A stretch of DNA of 64,000 bases from an uncultured Pseudomonadales bacterium. GTDB taxonomy: Bacteria > Pseudomonadota > Gammaproteobacteria > Pseudomonadales > JAUIET01. Under the pieces are notes generated by a model. The model was given only the letters and a program-made list of their open reading frames with translations, did not search any database and was not told the origin of the DNA. Made by a program: the position numbers and the translations under genes. Position 1 is the first letter of the stretch. Each line of letters starts with the position of its first letter. Where the stretch lies: positions 85,622 to 149,621 of the forward strand of contig CAYGSL010000005.1 of the NCBI GenBank assembly GCA_964352475.1, written 5' to 3'. Below are positions 61,030 to 64,000 of this stretch, piece after piece.

Positions 61030-62112
61030 TTACTGAATTTTCAGAGCGTGCACTACGGCTTCTGCCATTGCTGTGGTACCCACAACACTCTCGCCAGGCA
61101 CCGCTATATCGCCCGTGCGTAGTCCCTGATCCAACACGGAATTTACGGCGGCCTCAACAGCGTCGGCGGCTTTCGACTCTGCCAGCGAGTAGCGCAGCAA
61201 CATCGCCAGCGACAAGATAGTAGCGAGTGGGTTAACTTTGTCTTCGCCTGCAATATCCGGTGCACTGCCATGCACCGGCTCGTACAAACCTTTGTTGTTC
61301 GCATCAAGCGACGCGGATGGCAACATGCCTATTGATCCAGTCAACATGGCCGCCGCATCGGACAAAATGTCGCCAAACATGTTACCGGTGACCATGACAT
61401 CAAATTGTTTAGGTTGGCGAATCAATTGCATGGCGGCGTTGTCTACGTACATATGACTGAGCTCAACGTCGCTGTACTCTTGATGTAACTCATTCATTAC
61501 ATCACGCCAAAGAACGGTGACCTCCAGAACATTCGATTTGTCTACCGAACACACTCGCCTGGCCCGCTTGCGCGCCGCTTCAAACGCAACACGACCAATC
61601 CGTTCTATTTCTGATTCGCTGTAGCGATAGGTGTTAAAACCTTCGCGCTCACCTTTTTTATTGATGTGCACACCACGCGGTTCGCCAAAGTAAATACCAC
61701 CAGTAAGCTCTCTGACAATCAACAAATCCAGGCCTGCCACTAACTCAGGTTTGAGCGATGACGCTGCAGCCAGTTGTGGTGCGAGGATAGCGGGTCGTAA
61801 ATTACCAAACAGATCCAGGTCAGAGCGAATTGCCAGCAAGCCACGCTCTGGTCGTATTGCTGGTTCAACAGCATCCCACTTTGGCCCGCCCACTGCACTC
61901 AGCAAAATAGCGTCAGCGTCGCGCGCCAAGCTGGCCGTTTCTTCAGGGTAGGGTTTGCCGTACTGGTCAATAGCCGCGCCACCCAACAGACCTCGCTCTA
62001 TGGAAATATCAAGCGAGAAGCTGGCAGTGACTGCGTCCAGAACTTTCAGGGTTGCTGCCATTGTTTCCTGGCCGGAATAGTCGCCGGGCAGCACTAATAG
62101 TTTTTTGCTCAT
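61030..62112 (-). CDS. leuB: 3-isopropylmalate dehydrogenase
   Basis: LPGDYSGQE.., [28 protein letters not shown]. Confidence 0.95.
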   Translation of the reverse strand: MSKKLLVLPGDYSGQETMAATLKVLDAVTASFSLDISIERGLLGGAAIDQYGKPYPEETASLARDADAILLSAVGGPKWDAVEPAIRPERGLLAIRSDLDLFGNLRPAILAPQLAAASSLKPELVAGLDLLIVRELTGGIYFGEPRGVHINKKGEREGFNTYRYSESEIERIGRVAFEAARKRARRVCSVDKSNVLEVTVLWRDVMNELHQEYSDVELSHMYVDNAAMQLIRQPKQFDVMVTGNMFGDILSDAAAMLTGSIGMLPSASLDANNKGLYEPVHGSAPDIAGEDKVNPLATILSLAMLLRYSLAESKAADAVEAAVNSVLDQGLRTGDIAVPGESVVGTTAMAEAVVHALKIQ

Positions 62113-62117
62113 TACTT

Positions 62118-62762
62118 TTACCGGTACAACCAGGGAGATTGCTCCCGTTGCTTTTGTTCGAAGTTGCGTATGGCGTCTGCACTTTGCAAAGTCAAACCTA
62201 TTTCATCCAGGCCATTGAGCAAACAATTTTTCCTGAATTCATCAATCTCGAAACGATATTCCAGGCCAGCACCAGTCGCGGAAACGGTTTGTGCTTGCAG
62301 ATCAAGGTTTACTTCCGCACCTTCGTTGTTTTCAACAAACTCAAACAAGGCATCCACTTCATTGGCTGCCAGCGCAATCGGCAAGAAACCATTTTTAAAA
62401 CTGTTGTTGTAAAAAATGTCTGCAAAACTGGGGGCAATAACCGCTCGAAAGCCGTAATCCTGTAACGCCCATGGTGCGTGTTCACGGCTGGAACCACAAC
62501 CAAAGTTTTCTCTCGCCAATAATATACTGGCCTGTTGGTAACGCGGTTGATTCAGAATAAATTCTTTATTCAATGGTCGCTCGCTGCAATCCTGACCAAT
62601 GTATCCCTCATCCAGATACCGCAACGAATCAAACAGGTTGACGCCAAAACCACTACGCTTGATAGACTTCAAAAATTGCTTGGGAATAATCAGGTCTGTA
62701 TCGACGTTCGCGCGGTCAAGAGGCACTGCGATACCGGTATGTTGAACGAATTTTTCCATCAC
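62118..62762 (-). CDS. leuD: 3-isopropylmalate dehydratase small subunit
   Basis: 214 aa; [27 protein letters not shown]. Confidence 0.95.
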   Translation of the reverse strand: MMEKFVQHTGIAVPLDRANVDTDLIIPKQFLKSIKRSGFGVNLFDSLRYLDEGYIGQDCSERPLNKEFILNQPRYQQASILLARENFGCGSSREHAPWALQDYGFRAVIAPSFADIFYNNSFKNGFLPIALAANEVDALFEFVENNEGAEVNLDLQAQTVSATGAGLEYRFEIDEFRKNCLLNGLDEIGLTLQSADAIRNFEQKQREQSPWLYR

Positions 62763-64000
62763 TCAGTGCTCCTGTAATATTTCTTGAACGTTGACGAAAT
62801 GCCCATGTATCGCCGCCGCCGCTGCCATCTCCGGGCTGACTAGATGTGTGCGACCACCAAAGCCCTGCCGGCCTTCGAAATTTCGGTTTGAGGTTGATGC
62901 ACAATGCTCGCCCTCGCCCAATTTATCGGCGTTCATCGCCAAACACATAGAGCAGCCTGGTTCACGCCATTCAAAACCGGCGTCTGTAAATACCTGATCC
63001 AAACCTTCTTGTTCGGCTTGCGCTTTTACAAGCCCGGAACCTGCCACTACCATGGCCTGCTTGATGGTTGATGCCACCTTTTTCCCTCGAACTACAGCCG
63101 CGGCTGCACGAATATCTTCGATTCGGGAATTAGTACAGGAACCTATGAAAACCCGGTCAAGCTGAATGTCTGTGATCGCCTGGCCTGCACTCAAGCCCAT
63201 GTATTCCAGCGCTCGTGCGATGGCTTCCCGACGGCTATCATCGAGCTCCTTACTAGGATCAGGAACTGACGCATCCACCGGTAACACCATCTCAGGCGAA
63301 TTACCCCAACTAACCTGAGGCTTGATCGCTGTACCATCTATTTCTACGACAACGTCGAAGTGAGCCCCTTGGTCACTGACCAAATCCCGCCAAGCATCGC
63401 TGGCTTGTTGCCAATGCTCTTCAGTCGGCGCCATGGGTCTGCCCTTAAAATACTCAATGGTCTTTTCATCAACGGCGATCAATCCGGATCTGGCACCGGC
63501 TTCAATCGCCATATTGCACACCGTCATACGCCCTTCCATGGAAAGGCTGGTAATGCTGGAACCGGCAAACTCAATGGCACAGCCCGTACCGCCAGCCGTA
63601 CCAATCTCACCGATTACGGCAAGAACAAGGTCTTTAGCCGTCACGCCATGCGCCAGTTCGCCGTCAACGCGAACCAGCATATTTTTCATTTTTTTCTGCA
63701 CCAGGCATTGCGTGGCCAGCGCATGTTCAACTTCTGAAGTCCCTATGCCATGCGCCAGTGCGGCAAAGGCGCCGTGGGTAGATGTATGAGAGTCTCCACA
63801 CACAACAGTCATTCCAGGTAAGGTAGCCCCCTGCTCCGGGCCCACTACATGCACAATACCTTGCCGGGGATCATCCATGGCATAACCCGGTATATTGAAG
63901 GCACGCACGTTGTCATCCAGTGTTTCAACTTGTATCCGCGAGGTGGGGTCGACAATTCCCTGCATACCTTGCGCACGTTCCGCGCTGTCAGTAGACACGT
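62763..64000 (-). CDS. leuC: 3-isopropylmalate dehydratase large subunit (C-terminal ~412 codons; 5' end beyond the window)
   Basis: [18 protein letters not shown]-type motif ([18 protein letters not shown]), [14 protein letters not shown]. The ORF is open to the window edge. Confidence 0.95.
   Translation of the reverse strand, partial: VSTDSAERAQGMQGIVDPTSRIQVETLDDNVRAFNIPGYAMDDPRQGIVHVVGPEQGATLPGMTVVCGDSHTSTHGAFAALAHGIGTSEVEHALATQCLVQKKMKNMLVRVDGELAHGVTAKDLVLAVIGEIGTAGGTGCAIEFAGSSITSLSMEGRMTVCNMAIEAGARSGLIAVDEKTIEYFKGRPMAPTEEHWQQASDAWRDLVSDQGAHFDVVVEIDGTAIKPQVSWGNSPEMVLPVDASVPDPSKELDDSRREAIARALEYMGLSAGQAITDIQLDRVFIGSCTNSRIEDIRAAAAVVRGKKVASTIKQAMVVAGSGLVKAQAEQEGLDQVFTDAGFEWREPGCSMCLAMNADKLGEGEHCASTSNRNFEGRQGFGGRTHLVSPEMAAAAAIHGHFVNVQEILQEH

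Overview
This window is chromosomal DNA from a moderate-GC gammaproteobacterium. Gene order follows three blocks that are separately conserved in Pseudomonas-like, Cellvibrionales-like and Oceanospirillales-like genomes. Almost every gene is on the minus strand, and nearly all are housekeeping genes.

Gene order, left to right:
- serA (partial), a Sfp-type PPTase, then ppiD-hupB-lon-clpX-clpP-tig and tRNA-Leu.
- A GH84 (O-GlcNAcase-like) + PMI-like cupin pair, followed by a 565-bp spacer that carries repeats.
- pilZ-holB-tmk-mltG-pabC-fabF-acpP-fabG-fabD-plsX-rpmF-yceD, an S49 peptidase, a HAD hydrolase, and rluC divergent from rne.
- tRNA-Ser, a YccA/BI-1 protein, a small membrane protein + tusDCB, galE divergent from trmA, and a 2x wHTH-like + nuclease-like orphan.
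- A GloC-like MBL hydrolase + dimeric-dUTPase-like pair, then a tRNA Pro-Arg-(His fragment)-His cluster.
- cysS-glnS, ppiB-lpxH, miaE, a DUF1289 protein, MoxR-DUF58-TgpA, metZ-purF-cvpA-SPOR-folC-accD-trpA-trpB-trpF-truA-fimV-asd-leuB-leuD-leuC (partial).

I found no integrase, transposase, CRISPR array, cas gene, toxin-antitoxin pair or recognisable defence gene. I cannot honestly claim that a clear novel multi-gene system is present.

The best candidates for undescribed biology:
1. The translationally coupled cytoplasmic OGA-like/cupin pair at a synteny junction. Next to it lie an orphan plus-strand terminator and a tandem ~93-bp repeat whose hairpin shows a compensatory base-pair change.
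2. A 2x wHTH + PD-(D/E)xK-like orphan protein, preceded by a cluster of DnaA-box matches.
3. A decayed tRNA-His duplication and a well-signalled 28-codon hydrophobic small ORF.

All functional calls come from my own motif recognition on the supplied translations. No database search was run.
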